The notes beneath the pieces were generated by a model. That model was not told the DNA's origin. It saw nothing but the letters and a program-made list of their open reading frames with translations, and searched no databases. DNA of 64,000 nt from Macrostomum lignano (Eukaryota). How positions within the stretch are numbered: position 1 is the first letter of the stretch; each line of letters begins with the position of its first letter. The stretch lies in assembly GCA_002269645.1 (NCBI GenBank), contig NIVC01002546.1, positions 1 through 64,000 of the forward strand, read 5' to 3'. Below, piece by piece: positions 1 through 13,076 of this stretch. A program made the position numbers and the translations under genes.

Positions 1-935
1 CACATAGTATCGGCTAGCTAATAGCAAATTCTGCAGCTACTTGCCTGTCCGCTGTTTCGATCGTGTATACTATAGCCAACTGTCAGAGCTACTAGCTAGC
101 ATTTTTTATGGCTTCACATTTCAATTAGTTGATGGTCCAAACTTATGCAGGCTAAACTATATGACCCGGGCCAGCAGGACATGCAATTCATCAAGTAACC
201 CACTCGTAGTTCAAACATGAGAAAACTTGCTTAAATGGAGTTAAACATTTCAGTTAATCCGAATCAGCAATGTAACCAGCAAAAAAACATTTCTAGTCGA
301 GAAACTAGGTCAGTCAAATTAGAAATAAGCAACTGCAGTGTTGACTGTAATTCGCGTCTTATTTTTTATTGAAAACTAGAGACTCGCATTCTGCTCTGGA
401 AGCTCGCTGTGCGATTCTACAGCCTTCTCTCCAGTTGACGAGTCTCTGGCTACTGGAAAGATTTATAGCCTTATATTTTGACTTTCTTCTTGTTGGCATG
501 CAAAGGATCAGCTCCCTATCGATCTCTCGCTAAACGTCTTCTTCTGTCAGTGTCTGGAATCGGCTGCTGTTTTTGCTGAAGCAGTTTGCATCAACAAGTC
601 AAGTACATGTAGATCCGGAGAAATCTCCATATTTGAAGGCTCCAAGTTGCCAAGATTGGAAAGCAAACCCTCTTCTTCTATGCTGAACTGGACTCGCCAG
701 AAAGCAATAAATGCGACTTTCTACACCTTTTTCAGTTCAGTTTCAATCAAAGTTGTTTTCAATTTATAAAAAACAGCCATTCACTTTCAAAGTTCTATAT
801 TTATCTTATTAAACCAGAATTCACATTAAAAAACCTGCGTTCAAATTCGACAGTGACACTCAATTTGGATACTTTGGCATGTAACGTCGTCTATATAAAG
901 CGCTCTCCTTTCAGCTATTAAGTGGAATAATTAAT

Positions 936-1196
936 ATTTTATTACACCTGCTTTAATGGGTATTGGCGCGGCGCATCTAAAGGCTGCGTACGGCTGTTCA
1001 GTCCAAGGACTGGGGGTCGCCACACACACAACCCTCGATTACCCCAGCTAATGCTGGCACCCATTTTACAGCTGGGTGAACTGAAGCAATGCAGAGTTAA
1101 GTGTCTTACTCAATGACACGAATTGTTCCGAGTGGGTCGAGAATCGAACCCCGACATTTCAGTTGTGAGGCTGACACTCTGGCCACTAAGATACAC
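936..1196 (-). mobile_element. tRNA-derived SINE, family A (CORE-like central domain), copy 1
   Basis: Minus strand has an A-box-like start (GTGTATCTTAGTGGCCAGAG), a B box (GGGTTCGATTCTC), then GTGTCATTGAGTAAGACACTTAAC...CAGCTGTAAAATGGGT, which resembles the MIR/CORE domain. Strongly similar to 35022-35312 and 53608-53778. Confidence 0.8.
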
Positions 1197-4100
1197 TGTA
1201 TCTATAGAACTGTGAGATTAATGTCCGCTATACTAAGTTAAATATGACTTTGATGAAAATTGAATTGAAAAAAGGTGAAGTAGTCCATGAGCTGATTATG
1301 GCTATGGCCTATGGAGAAGCAATCCGAAACCAATCCTTTAGAACAAGGAAACAATTCTGATGGGGGTATTATATTATCTTTATATCAAAGTCTATGGAAG
1401 TGGTGATGGAGGAAGGAGATTGGATTGAACAATTTATTATAGCAATATTCCTTGTGTTTTTGGTCTGACGTGTCAGCGTGGTACATGTAGCAGAGGTTTG
1501 GTCCTGAGGTAGCTGAAGGCATGGCTAAAGTAAAATAATGACACAGAGGACCATAAGCTAAAATCAGTCTGGTGGACAGATAGAGGATAGCGAAAGCATA
1601 TAGGTTTGGAGATTTATGTTCGCTTGATAAACCAAATTGATCCGTTGATTTCAGTTTTTGCGCAGTAAAAACCATATAGCTAAATATAAAGCAAACAGGC
1701 AAAGTATTAAAATCACTCTGGCTACAAGTCGAATAATTCCTCAAGGTGTCTGTGCAGGGCTTTTGAATCCAATTGTTGCTAGAAGCTTCCTTTTTTCAAC
1801 CGAGCCTCAATATTCATTAGCATCTTAATACCATCTGCAGGCAAATTTTCCAGGATTTCTCGGTTTTTAGGTCTGCCATATGCGATCTTTGCAGGCCCAC
1901 TTATTAAATTTTGATTTAGGCCATGCTACTGCTGAGGAGACCAATGCTAAACCAATTAACTGTGGAATTCGATTAACCCATGCCTTTCTAGGAACTAATA
2001 AAAATTTAGCTAATCTAATAACTATGCCCAATTGGCAAGCGTAATCTTGATACAGAATGTCTAATCAGTTTACTCTATAAGAACTGATAAAGGCAATTAA
2101 TTAGGGCATCTAAAGAGGGGTCCATGAACACACCTGAGAATCAGGAAGCTGCTATGTGAAAACCGCACGTGCCTATTTTTGCCTGCCTGCGCACCGGCAT
2201 GGATGGTGCGGCCTGCCAGCTGGAGTCGCCGTCGCTGCCTTCACGGAACAAAAGACAGTCCAGGCCAGGAAAATGCCATATACCTTCGTTTGAACTGTCG
2301 GGAACTAGACCGCCAAGTTAAACGAACTGGAGTTTTCATCGGCTGTCCTTCAACGCCCCGCATCCTTGATGTAGTCGAGCACGCAGACCTGGAAGGACAA
2401 AGTGTTCGTTTCGATTTCGTTGGCCAATTCAGTGCTAACGCAACAACTTGTAGAAAGCACTCTGGTATATGGTTGGTAAGCACAGGAAACACACTTGATA
2501 AAATGTGGCATTGTGTTATTTGTTTAATTTGTTAGCATGTCGAATAACAATCGCGACTTGAGAATTTACAAATTCGTGCCGATTCCCTCAGTCTTAACTT
2601 TTCGATTTAAATAATGCGTTTCTTTCTGCCGGATCCAAGCGGCTGTAAAGGCGCTGAGTAGCACTGTGAGCTGCTCCTGTCAGTTTCGTGACGAGCATTG
2701 AAATATTGGAGCATCTTAGCTGTGAAAGCAATGCTTATCCTGTATATCCTGTCAAGCATGCTAAGATGAAAGCAAGAACCATTAAATAGTTTGTGATCAT
2801 TTTTTTGGTCGGCTTTATTCTGGCATGGCGCTTTTGGGCTCAGAAGAAACACATGGGTGACAAAAAAAGAATTATTAATAAGAAAATCCAGAGTCGAAAT
2901 ACAGAGACCTGGAAGGCTTGTCCATTGAAGTGAAAAGTCGATAGCGCTAAAAAGGAATGTAGATGGAATGTTTTGCGAATTATTAGAATGTCGACTCAAA
3001 GACCAGCTCTAGTACCGCACTCTGCTGGACTCCTGCACAAAAAGCACAGTTTGCGGATGCCTTCGCTGGCGCGCTTGTATGCAGACACCAGCATCGTCGT
3101 GAGCAACTGACAGAGGAGCGACCCAGCCATCAGACAGACGCAGCTCAAATCGAACGCCTTAAGAGAAACTGAGGCCTTTTACGCGTCGACTGGATGAGCT
3201 GCAGAAGGCTGCTGTCGAGGACGCCATCCGATCCATCACTGCAGCCGACCTTGACTGGGTGAAAAACGCACGTGGCTGCGCGGAGGAGCGCAGGAATGAA
3301 ATTGCGCGACATCTTAATTTTTTTTCTAAAGTAAAGTGAAGTAGACCAGAGTATATGCATTAAACGCGCCTGCTGAGAACTTCTGCACCAGCCCAATTAC
3401 ACAAAAGACGCGGGGTTTTTCGCTCGTAAAACACCTGGCGGCAAGGCGCTAGGGCCGAAGGAAGTCCCGGTCGAAGTTTTGCAGCTTTGCTATTTGGCTT
3501 CCAAGTTGCAAGCGTGATGACGAACGACGCGCTCACGAGTTGTACACAGCGAATCGTGCCAATTCCAAAGAAGACCAGGACGACGAGGAAAGAAGACAAC
3601 CAGGGATCTCGCTGATGTCCTGCACCGCGAACCTTTTTAATTGGCTGCTGCTCGACGGTCTGCAGTCGGTGCAACTGGACCCGTACCTTCCCTCCCGTTA
3701 CCGGTTCCGGCCGCAACGCGGTACAGTGACCCTGATCCTCGCGCTTTGCCGTGTCATTCGTCCTGCGGACCAGTCGGGTTCCACAGCAGCTGATCGACCA
3801 TCATCATGCTGTTGTAACACGACACAAGAAGACATTCTTTCATCGGAAGCGGCCCTTGTGGGAGATTAATTAGCTAATCGAGTAAAGGGAGTAATTAATC
3901 CCGTGACATGAATCCCTACCCTTGACTTTTCCGACAAAGTTGTATGCGACATGGACGTTCCAGTATGCATTAATTAAACTGCCGCAAAGCAACCGTGAGC
4001 GAGCATAAATTATAAACTTTGATAAATGAGGACACTGCTTATCAAACAGGTCAGTCATCAGTTATGCTGGAATTAATAAATTGCACCAAATACATGTGGA

Positions 4101-5230
4101 AGCAAATCGAAATTCTTTGTAAAAAGGATCCGACGACACGGCGGATAAGGTTACATGTAATTAAAGGTAAACGCATCACCTGCAGTATACATTATACGAG
4201 ATTGCTCAAGAGACGAAATGGAATTTTACAACTCTTCCACCCTGACCCATGAAGGCGCTGTGTCAGGGTGCCCATAGCCCTCCTGCAGCCAATAATATCA
4301 CTGAAGGTCACTGATAGATGCGTCAGATAATTACTGTACAGTTTCAGATTACCCAGATGTGCCAGATGATCATTGTAGTGCGTCATTACGAGCGTTCGTA
4401 GAGCTTGGCAGAAAGTTCTTAGACGCTATCATCACTGAAGCACAGATCAAGTAGCAGCTTTAATCATATTTTTCCTAACTCGAACTCGAAATCGGGCAGC
4501 AAGAAGCCTAAGAAACTTTTAAAAGGAATTTAATTCAGCTATCTGAAGCCTTAGTCCACCCAGCTACACTAGAAATAAAAGTTCGCAGGGATCTTTTGAT
4601 ACAGATGCAAATCAAAGCGCAAAATTTCACCCGTCAACTACAACACAATTTTCACTATACTACTACATACCAAAAGTAGTTCTTAAAATGTTTTTTAAGA
4701 TAATTCTACGAATAAAACAAAAAGAAGAATTGCGAAAACAACGATAAAGGTTTCCATCGTAATTTACGGAATTTATCTTGAAATTTACATAGTGCGTGTT
4801 TTATTAATTAGCACTCAACTAACCAAATAGCACAGAGATTAAGACAGCTCGAGACGAGCATCTGACAGGATGCTCAGTAAAAATGGCCTTACAGGTGCAA
4901 GTAACAAATAAATTAAATGTGTGAACTATCTGCAAAGGCAGAGCAGATAAAAAAGCTAAATAATAATAAAAAGCTTATACAAAAGAGTAAACTAATTAGC
5001 AGGGAGGGAACTTTATATTGATCTGCTCTGTTTAACAAATATTTCGCATTCTCAATAATGCCCTCAAAAGCAGAGCAGCTGCGTTTAAAACAAGTTTTGT
5101 CGACAAAGAATAAGAAGGCAAATCAAATGTTGCAAATTTCAATAAAAAATTATAAATACTCATATCACCGATAAAACATTTCAATGAATTTTTAAATTAA
5201 GGCCGAGTAAATATTCGCCAGTTTGTCAAT

Positions 5231-5552
5231 TTATGACCAAATTTCGAATTCGTTTGATCATCTATGACCAATTTTGAATTCGTTTAATAATCTATGACCA
5301 ATGTGGAATTCGTTTGACCAACTATCTATGACCAATGAGGAATCTGTTTGATCACCTATGACCAATATGGAATCCGTTTGATCATCAATGACCTATTTCG
5401 AATTCATTTGACCATCCATCTATGACCAATGTGGAATTTGTTTGACCAACTATGACCAATTTCGATTTCGTTTGATCATCTATGACCAATTTTGAATTCG
5501 TTTGACCATCTATGACCAATGTGGAATTCGTTTGATCATCTATGACCACTGT
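5231..5552. repeat. ~30-31 bp minisatellite (ATCTATGACCAATNTNGAATTCGTTTGATC), about 10 copies
   Basis: Tandem degenerate units are visible directly, just beyond the stop of the PTB gene. Confidence 0.9.
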
Positions 5553-5611
5553 GTAATTCCAATTACATGCCAACAAACAAAACAAAATCCCATTTACATT
5601 TTAATAAAAAA

Positions 5612-8600
5612 TCAAGCTGAAAACTGAACCCAACCGCTCTGAAGCTCCGAGGCTGAAGAGTCGGCCCGTGAAGCGGACAGGGTTCGAGCCTGGGCCTCGC
5701 ACCAAACCAACGGCTGCTCATCTATGCTCGCAGCCGCGAGGCCGTGCGGTTGCTGCCGTTGCTGCTCCGCTAGATTTCTTGCGGCAACTTTGAACGCTTC
5801 GTTCAGTGAATAGGCCAGCTGAACTGGCTGCGGGGGCGTCGGAGATTCTGCGGCTGGTGACTCCACTATGCCATCTGTATGATCTACTCTGCATCTCTGC
5901 CTACAATCTGCCGTCCCTATCTACAATCTGCCGTCCCTATCTACAATCTGCCGTCCCTATCTACAATCTGCCGTCCCTATCTACAATCTACCGTCCCTAT
6001 CTACAATCTACCGTCCCTATCTACAATCTACCGTCCCTATCTACAATCTACCGTCCCTATCTACAATACAATCTACCGTCCCTATCTACAATCTACCATC
6101 TCTATCTACAATCTACCATCTCTATCTACAATCTACCATCTCTATCTACAATCTACCATCTCTATCTACAATCTACCATCTCTATCTACAATCTACCATC
6201 TCTATCTACAATCTACAATCTCTATCTACAATCTACCGTCTCTATCTAGAATCTATCATCTCTATCTACAATCTAGCATCTCTATCTACAATCTAGCATC
6301 TCTATCTACAATCTAGCATCTCTATCTACAATCTAGCATCTCTATCTACAATCTAGCATCTCTATCTACAATCTAGCATCTCTATCTACAATCTACCATC
6401 TCTATCTACAATCTACCATCTCTATCTACAATCTACCATCTCTATCTACAATCTACCATCTCTATCTACAATCTACAATCTCTATCTACAATCTACCGTC
6501 TCTATCTAGAATCTATCATCTCTATCTACAATCTAGCATCTCTATCTACAATCTAGCATCTCTATCTACAATCTAGCATCTCTATCTACAATCTAGCATC
6601 TCTATCTACAATCTAGCATCTCTATCTACAATCTAGCATCTCTATCTATAATCTACCATCTCTATCTATAATCTATTGTCCCTATCTACAATCTAGCACC
6701 TCTATCTACAATCTTCCATCTCTATCTATAATCTAGCATCTCTATCTACAATCTACCATCTCTATCTATAATCTACCATCTCTATCTATAATCTAGCATC
6801 TCTATCTACAATCTACCATCTCTATCTATAATCTACCATCTCTATCTATAATCTATTGTCCCTATCTACAATCTAGCACCTCTATCTACAATCTTCCATC
6901 TCTATCTACAATCTACCATCTCTATCTACAATCTACCGTCTCTATCTATCTACAATCTACCACCTCTATCTACAATCTACCACCTCTATCTATAATCTAC
7001 CGTCCCTATCTACAATCTACCGTCTCTATCTACAATCTACCATATCTATCTACAATCTACAGTCTCTATTTACAATCTACCGCCTTTATCTACAATCTAC
7101 CGGGGCCGGGATCCATCTACCCGCCTATAACAAGCCATGTAAAATCGTCGAACCTCTTTCTGGTTGGCGCATTTGCAGACATGCAGTTCCACAGTTTCGT
7201 TGATCTGATTTCTTGCAACAAAGCCAAACACTCGATTATTTCGCTTATCGGCTGTGCAGTAGGCAATCCGCTCGATGCCGGACTTCACTAACACAGAGTG
7301 AGAGTCTGTGGCCGCGGGGTCCGGCTGGGGAGCGACGCTCCGTAGCTCGATGCCCCGGATGGACAGGGTCAGGACGGCCGGCGTAGACCGGTGACGAGCT
7401 TTGCGATTCTGATTGGTCCAGGTGGGGTTGAGGGCTGCTAGCGGTGCAATTTTATATTGATGAAGGAGTAGGAGAAGGGATGGGAAGGGATAAAGAGGGT
7501 GGGAGAATGAATGGGAGGAGGGATGGAAGATGGGATAGGAGATGGTATGCGAGATGGGATAGGAGATGGGATAGGAGATGGGATAGGAGATGGAATGCGA
7601 GATGGGATGGGAGATGGGATGGGAGATGGTATGGGAGAAGATATGGGATATGGGATGGCAAATGGTATGGGAGATGGGATAGGAGATGGGATGCGAGATG
7701 GGATGGGAGATGGTATCGGAGAAGATATGGGAGATGGGATGGGAAATGGTATGGGAGATGGGATGGGAGAAGATATGGGAGATAAATGGTAATAAGAGTT
7801 ATAAAGTATAAAGTACAAACTACTGTTATGAACACAGCTTACAAAGTCCAGCAGAGTTTGAATGGCAGCTGACACAGCAGTGGCGGAGAACTGCTGACCA
7901 GGGCGAATATCTTCAATAAGCTGGGAGCCACTGTACTTCACTAAGAATTGAATACCTGACTGCAAGTGCTGCTCGTGATTGGGCCATTTTCAGTGAGCTC
8001 TGTGCGAAATAGAAAATAGTTTATGCATTATTCGAAGGCACAACTTTCAATTAAAAATATTCAAGTACTATAAAAATAGCAAATGCTAAATTAATCTGAT
8101 TATTGACAAACAAGACCTAGGAATTAGCAGCCAAAGCCCAGATATGCCAAAACAAAAAATGGATGATTCAAAAAATTAATATCAATTTACACAAAGTATT
8201 TTAATGATTTCTTATAAAAATTATACTGTCAATAAAAATATTATAACAACTTTGCCAACTTAAATTGCCAAACTAAATTTATATTGATAATTTTATAGCA
8301 TATCCTATCTTATCTCAATATAAATAGTCTCTTATAGTTTTATTAGTTATCAATAATAAAATAAAACAATATTTTAAAATACTAGATATATGTAATTTAT
8401 GATAAGCCATAGTTTAGCAGTAAGTCTAAATTCAATATAAGCCTAATATATGACATTGACTAGCAACAATTTGGCACATGCTATGTTTTTTGATGTAATG
8501 CATTTAAAATCATCACATAAAATATAATAAAAATTATTTAAGCACATACTTACTGGTTATAAATATGGTTTAGCTAGGCTAAAAAAATAGGCTTAAGGCT

Positions 8601-11600
8601 AAGATAGGTCTAATAAAGTTTTAGGCATATCTAAATAGGATAGGTATAGAAAATTGCAATAGCTTAATAAATTATTAAACCTAAATATGATATAAAAAGT
8701 GGGAAAAATGGGCTAATGGCTATAGATCATGGACTTACTTATTATATTAAAAAAGTATTGAGTCTACAATAGGAAATAGCTGTTAATATAAAAGTATAAT
8801 TATAAAATTAATATTTCATTTTTTGAATACTTGTTGGACCTAAGTTGGACCTATTAAATAAAATATTCTTCTATTTATTATATATAAAACTTTTTAGGCC
8901 CTAAGTCTTTTTTACCAAAAACTTTTCAAATGACTTCTTCAAGTTTAGACAGGATAAAATAAAATACTTAAATTATTTTTTAAACTTTCACTAGATTGCA
9001 AAGATTGCAAAAATTGATATCTCAGCTAGTTCAAAAGTCCCTTTCAAAGCCATTGCAATAATTCTTTGGTTTAATGTGGAATGATCCCTGGTTTATCAAG
9101 TGCAATATTCCTTGGCTTATCAAGTACAATAATTCTTGGTTTATCAAGTGCAATAATCCTTGGCTTATCAAGTGCAATAATCCTTGGCTTATCAAGTGCA
9201 ATAATCTTTGGCTTGTCAAGTGCAATAATCTTTGTTTTACAAAGTTCAATGATCATTGTTTTATCAAGTGCAATAATTGTACTGACTGGCTACAAACAGG
9301 CTTTTTAGCAGCATTCACTAGCTTTTCCTAGGTGCTCTGTGTTCTGCTGCACAGCAGTTTAGTCTGCCTGATCTAAGGAGAGATACCTTGTGCTAGGCCT
9401 AAGTGTTTATTGCCTAATGACTCATCGCCTAAGCTGGTATGCAGGTAGCTACACACAATGTTTTTCCCACCGATGCATGGAGTGTAATAGTTGCTTGAAG
9501 GGAGTAAACAGAAGACTCATCCCCCCAAATATATTTTTAGCACACTAAAGCATGTGACTGCATACACATACAGTATGGTGTGTGGCATCTGACCTTGAGT
9601 CACGCCAATGTTGCCTGGCATGATTACCTTATTTGGAAGTTGGCCTTGAAGCATACCTTTTTAACATGACTCTGAGGCCCAAATAAGGAAGTTCATGTGC
9701 TCACTGCATGAAACTCATGTGACTTTTGGGGGTCTGCTTGGCTATAAATATGGAGCACCTGGGAGCTATTTTTCCTCAGAGGTGTTCCTTAGAAGACCAG
9801 AATCTCCTCTCTGCCTCCACTTGCAAGGAGCTCCCCTTCTCTCATTTCAGGCTTACAAGTTTTCAGGTTTGAGCAACAATTTTAGGAACTTTGCCAATTA
9901 ACTGTTGAGACATTTTCAGATTTGCTTTGCTTTGAGAAACTTTAATATTTTATTTTAGGTTATAGATAGATAACTCATCTGACAAGTTTAGTGTACAAAC
10001 CAAGGTGGCAGCAACCCTACCAAGTCTAAGGCTAATGTTTAAGGTTTCTTTTAGGCAAATTGATAGGTAGTACAGAGGTACAATCTAACAACTTCTGGAG
10101 CAGCAAGTTTATTTTAGGTACAACTAATAGAACTTGGGAAGGAGCATAACATAATCCTTGGTTTATTAAGTGCAATGATCCTTGGTTTATCAAGTGCAAT
10201 GATCTTTGGTTTATCAAATGCAATAATCCTTGGTTTATCAAGTTCAATAATCATGGGTTTATCAAATGCAGTAATCCTTGGTTTATCAAGTGCAATAATC
10301 CCTGGCTTTTCAAATGCAATAATCCTTGGTTTATCAAGTACAATAATCCTTGGCTTAATAAGTGCAAAAATCCTTGATTTATCTTTCAATAAAAAATTAT
10401 TTTATACCACTAAGACTTGAACCTAGGTTTCTGCATTAGAAGTTTAGTCTGTTCACCTCTAGGCTAACTCTCATCAAATTTATAAAATGAATTTGTAGCC
10501 TTATATAATGTAATACTCACACCAAATCAGTTAATGTCACACAGAGCAATGATGACATAATCAATTATTCAGGCAAGTCAAAACTAGTTGCTATTAAAGT
10601 TAGCAAAATAGGGTTACACACTATAAATCAAGTCTTGTGCTATGCTTTCATGCTGCATTTTCAACATAGCTAGTACACAAAGACTGGATAAATAAAAAGC
10701 CTAGTGTGCTACAATCTATTTTAGAATCAGAATTCAACCAGTTAGGTTTTTCTCTAGCATTCTTACAATGCATTTCAAGTTGAAAACTTTGCTTGACCTT
10801 AGCAAAAAAGCATGTTTTTCAAATATATAATTCCTTTAGCATCAAGCAATTTCTTAGCCACGAGGCATATACCGTCATAGAAAAATGTCTAATTGAATGG
10901 TGCAAGTTTGAAGAAAATTGGTTTGAGCCATTTTTTTTAAATTGATCATATATCTAGATAGGCCCTACCTACTAACAAATCATTTTTATTATATAGAAGC
11001 CTAAAGTCATCAATACTTTTCAAATAAAAAATATTGATAGATTTTATTTAAATATGTTTCATAGAAACTACAATGTTGACTTAGTTTAATTAAAAAAGCT
11101 ATCAATATACTAGCAAACAAAAAGGCACTAACTTTGTTAGTAAAAATATTGTCAAATCATTTTTCTTTGTTTTGTACCAAATTGTACCATTTTTGTGCTA
11201 TATTGTGCCAGATTTTTTCTCCCTGCTTGCTGTTGCATTAGAATGCACTGGTGCAACATATGGTTAACCCTTTTTGTGCCAGAATTTTCTATGAAGAAGG
11301 CTATTTTCCCAACTAAAGATCTAGTTAGAGACCATAGTCCAGAAGGTAGCCTTTATGCTGGAATTTTCCAGCATGTTTTATCCTTGCTGACAATCTTGGT
11401 GTACATTTGCATATATAATTTTCAGATTCAACATTAGTTTATATATTTTGCATACAAAAATAGGCAATTTGTTCATTGTTAGGCTAAGTATCTATAATAT
11501 AGTTAAAATCAATCAAAGAGGTTTTTTAAATAATCAGAAAAAAATGGAAAATAATAACAAAACTTAGAAGGAAAACAATAGTAAAACAAAGAATACCAGG

Positions 11601-12979
11601 TTCTAGCAAAGAACAAATGTTTTTTAGTTTAGAAAAACTCTTATTTATAAAAAAGATACTTTCTAAATAAAGTTGGCATATAAGCAACTTCATGCTTGTC
11701 ATAATTTTTTTATTTATATAGAACTTTGGCATTGAATTTTAAAAACTAGAATCTTTATTCTGGCATACACCTGCCGTGATCTGGACTATGGCAAGTTAAG
11801 GTTAATAAATTAGTAGCAGTTTTTATAGTCCTTTATCTAAACTTGGAGAAGTCCAATAAATGCTTTTAGTAAAATGATTTTCTTTCTTTTAAGGGACAAA
11901 AAAAAATTCGTTTTGTTTTAAAAACAATCACAACATAAATTAGAGATTAATGGTTGATATTACTTGTCTTATTTTTATAGTATAGACCTAACTTAAAGGT
12001 AAAAATATTGTTTATTGTCTTCCCACCTGCGAGTTTTTAAGTAACTAATAAAGCTCAAATTATAGCTATTCAGCAATCCTACTGAAATTTCTACTATTAA
12101 GTCTGCCTTCTGCAATGATTTTGTAAATTTAAAAACATTTTTTATTAAATTAAATGTGCTAGGCCTACATCTAGACTTGGATACTCCTAGATATATAGTA
12201 TACATGTTTCGATCGGTAAAAAATAAAAATAGTAAAAAATACAATTTATAATTAAAACGGAAATAAAAGCAACATACTTTTCTTTCTTGCTTGAATCATT
12301 TGCTTCACCAAGTAACTACACAATCGATTGATATATTTTTTGACTTGACTTGACGACTGACGTTAGTTTATTTGAGCGTAAAGCATTTCCTATAAAATAG
12401 CCAGCTCAAAATATAACCTTAAGTACTTTTAACAAAATTTGCTATATTTAAAGTTTAAAAAAATCTAAAAAGGTTATTTCTATAGTTTTATTTTTATTTT
12501 TGACAATAAAATAAAACTAAAAAATACAAAAATTTATAAACTTGCTTTAGACCCTGTAGCGTATATCTTAGCGGTTCCGGAATATTTGAGACCTAGTCTT
12601 TCATACTTTGATATGACTTGCCTTTCTTATAGCTCAATTGATAGTAATATATCTTTTCGTTTATAAAATTATGATTTTACAGTTATATCTTAATTTTATA
12701 TCCTATCAACATAATTCGTTACGATAGTATGTATGACATGTATGTACTGCAATTGCCTTAAAATCATACAAATATCACTTACAGCTTGAATCATTGGCTT
12801 TATGAATATATTTTTTCTATCTATTTATCCATTTCTATGTTAGTTACTATATGTAACAATTAAATGTGAAAGAGCAGCTACAATGTGACATGCAGCAGTT
12901 TTTCAAAAATTTTACTTCTGTGACGTTTGTCAGTTGAGGTGGCGCCGACAAGGGCCGCTTTAGCGAAAGCAGTGCCATT
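5612..12979 (-). CDS. LDLRAP1: LDLRAP1/ARH-like PTB-domain adaptor (spliced; start codon not located; apparent frameshifts)
   Basis: Exons (minus): 12979-12916 (...DKRHRK, phase 1), 7999-7843 (LTEN/WPNHEQHLQSGIQFLVKYSGSQL...QTLLDF), 7437-7154 (...AVLTLSIRGIEL...IERIAYCTADKRNNRVFGFVARNQ...ELHVCKCANQKE), 5827-5612 (PVQLAYSLNEAFKVA...stop). Matches recalled human LDLRAP1 motifs RHRKLPENW, IYRISYCTADK..KVFAYIA and TLTVAQAFKVA, with two intron positions in the same places. Confidence 0.8.
5875..7098. repeat. 20-bp minisatellite (TCTATCTACAATCTACCATC)n filling an intron
   Basis: About 60 tandem units with variant blocks (CCGTCC, CCATC, GCATC); occupies almost all of intron 5828-7153. Confidence 0.95.
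7500..7790. repeat. 12-bp purine-rich minisatellite (GGGATAGGAGAT)n
   Basis: Tandem degenerate 12-mers inside intron 7438-7842. Confidence 0.9.
9053..9277. repeat. 24-bp minisatellite (CCTTGGTTTATCAAGTGCAATAAT)n, left part
   Basis: About 9 tandem units; the same unit resumes in the same orientation at 10152. Confidence 0.9.
9278..10151. mobile_element. Probable solo LTR inserted into the 24-bp minisatellite
   Basis: 874-bp segment that begins TG(TACTG) and ends (TAA)CA. It is flanked by a TAAT duplication (9274-9277 and 10152-10155) and contains a TATA-like GCTATAAATA near 9742. Confidence 0.6.
10152..10380. repeat. 24-bp minisatellite, right part
   Basis: About 9 further units of the same 24-mer. 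Confidence 0.9.
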
Positions 12980-13076
12980 CTATAATGTTGTTAATTTGAT
13001 GGTCTCGTACTCTAACGTCTGCTTATAGTAATTCCCAAGAAATTTTAACAACATTTGCGTGACGTTCGTAAGCCTA

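Noticed and set aside
5806-7965. ORFs 5806-6316, 7444-7835 and the Pro/Ser-rich half of 7438-7965
   Set aside because: Translations of intronic minisatellites; only 7843-7965 of the last ORF is real PTB coding sequence.
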